In this document: positions 63,334 to 64,000 of the stretch, piece after piece
How positions within the stretch are numbered: the stretch's first letter is position 1
Layout: each line of letters begins with the position of its first letter
Source: Antedon mediterranea
Lineage: Eukaryota > Animalia > Echinodermata
Direction of reading: 5' to 3'
Length of the DNA: 64,000 bases
Assembly: GCF_964355755.1 (NCBI RefSeq)
Contig: NC_092673.1
Span: forward strand, 6,014,001 to 6,078,000
Notes under the pieces: model-generated
Database searches by the model: none
What the model was told of the DNA's origin: nothing
Seen by the model: the letters and a program-made list of their open reading frames with translations, nothing else
Made by a program: the position numbers and the translations under genes

Positions 63334-64000
63334 TTTCTATACAACTATGTAGAATTGAATTGTACAATAAATATAATATTTTGTTAAATTCCGAGAGTAC
63401 ATCATTAACACAATTTAATGATAACGTTTGTACCATGAAATATTCACAACTATCAACCTATAAACGTCTAAAATAATTATACAGTAATTCATTTTTGTAA
63501 ATGTTTATATCCAGTTGGAATTTTTTCAAATATATTTTTGTCGTGAGTGCGACAAACAGCCAGGTCAAGTTCAAAGATACCAACATTTAATAGGTTTGCT
63601 ATTATTTAATATATCATTGTTATATGCGAATTGAATTACTCTAAAGTTGAGAAGTTATTGACCTGAGGATCAAGAAATACATACCAACATCCCTACTCTA
63701 TGATGGATGCGTTGAGTTGTACAGTAATTTACAATTTAGAAGGAGCACACTATCACACCTAATTTCAGCCCCTTATATTTGATTAAATTAATACACCTAT
63801 TAACACCATTATTATATTTATATGACTGCATCTGATTTTGCTGGATCATCTAGTGTGTGTATGTGTATGGCACAAAAGGTTACTAATTTACATACCTTGA
63901 AAATTCCAAAACAGGATTTGGGTAGAACCAGGAATTTCACTCTTCCCTGGTAGAACATACAAGATGCCCGGAAATACAAACTCGTAGAAAAACCAAATTT

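Overview
AT-rich animal genomic DNA, probably an invertebrate (inferred from spliceosomal introns, a Nin-type SINE and L1/Tx1, Rex-Babar and Gypsy elements); no prokaryotic system is present. The host genes form an apoptosis/innate-immunity-like neighbourhood. (i) A damaged caspase catalytic-domain gene lies on the - strand (exons 958-752, ~600-351, 100-22). (ii) Two convergent paralogues of a tandem death-effector-domain (DED)-like exon sit in a >1.2-kb inverted duplication (8234+ and 63333-); the - copy has a third DED exon masked by a homopolymer frameshift. (iii) An 8-exon FAM172A/ARB2A-like gene spans 10231-37476, with its putative hydrolase Ser and His both substituted. The best candidate novelty is a DED-DED::ARB2 chimeric gene: the + DED exon is joined in frame to a duplicated piece of a FAM172A exon and has a new phase-0 donor compatible with the first FAM172A exon. 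The 23-kb last FAM172A intron is a nested TE stack: an L1/Tx1 containing two back-to-back Gypsy elements, which contain Helentron-like HINEs, a hAT with a 5-bp TSD and a 2.7-kb tandem duplication. The rest holds a near-intact Rex-Babar LINE, a 3.3-kb minisatellite, Mutator-, Harbinger-, Kolobok- and Academ-like non-autonomous elements, a second L1/Tx1, and six tiny CA..TG hairpins with 7-bp TSDs resembling P-element excision footprints. All family assignments are by-eye motif recognition; no database search was run.
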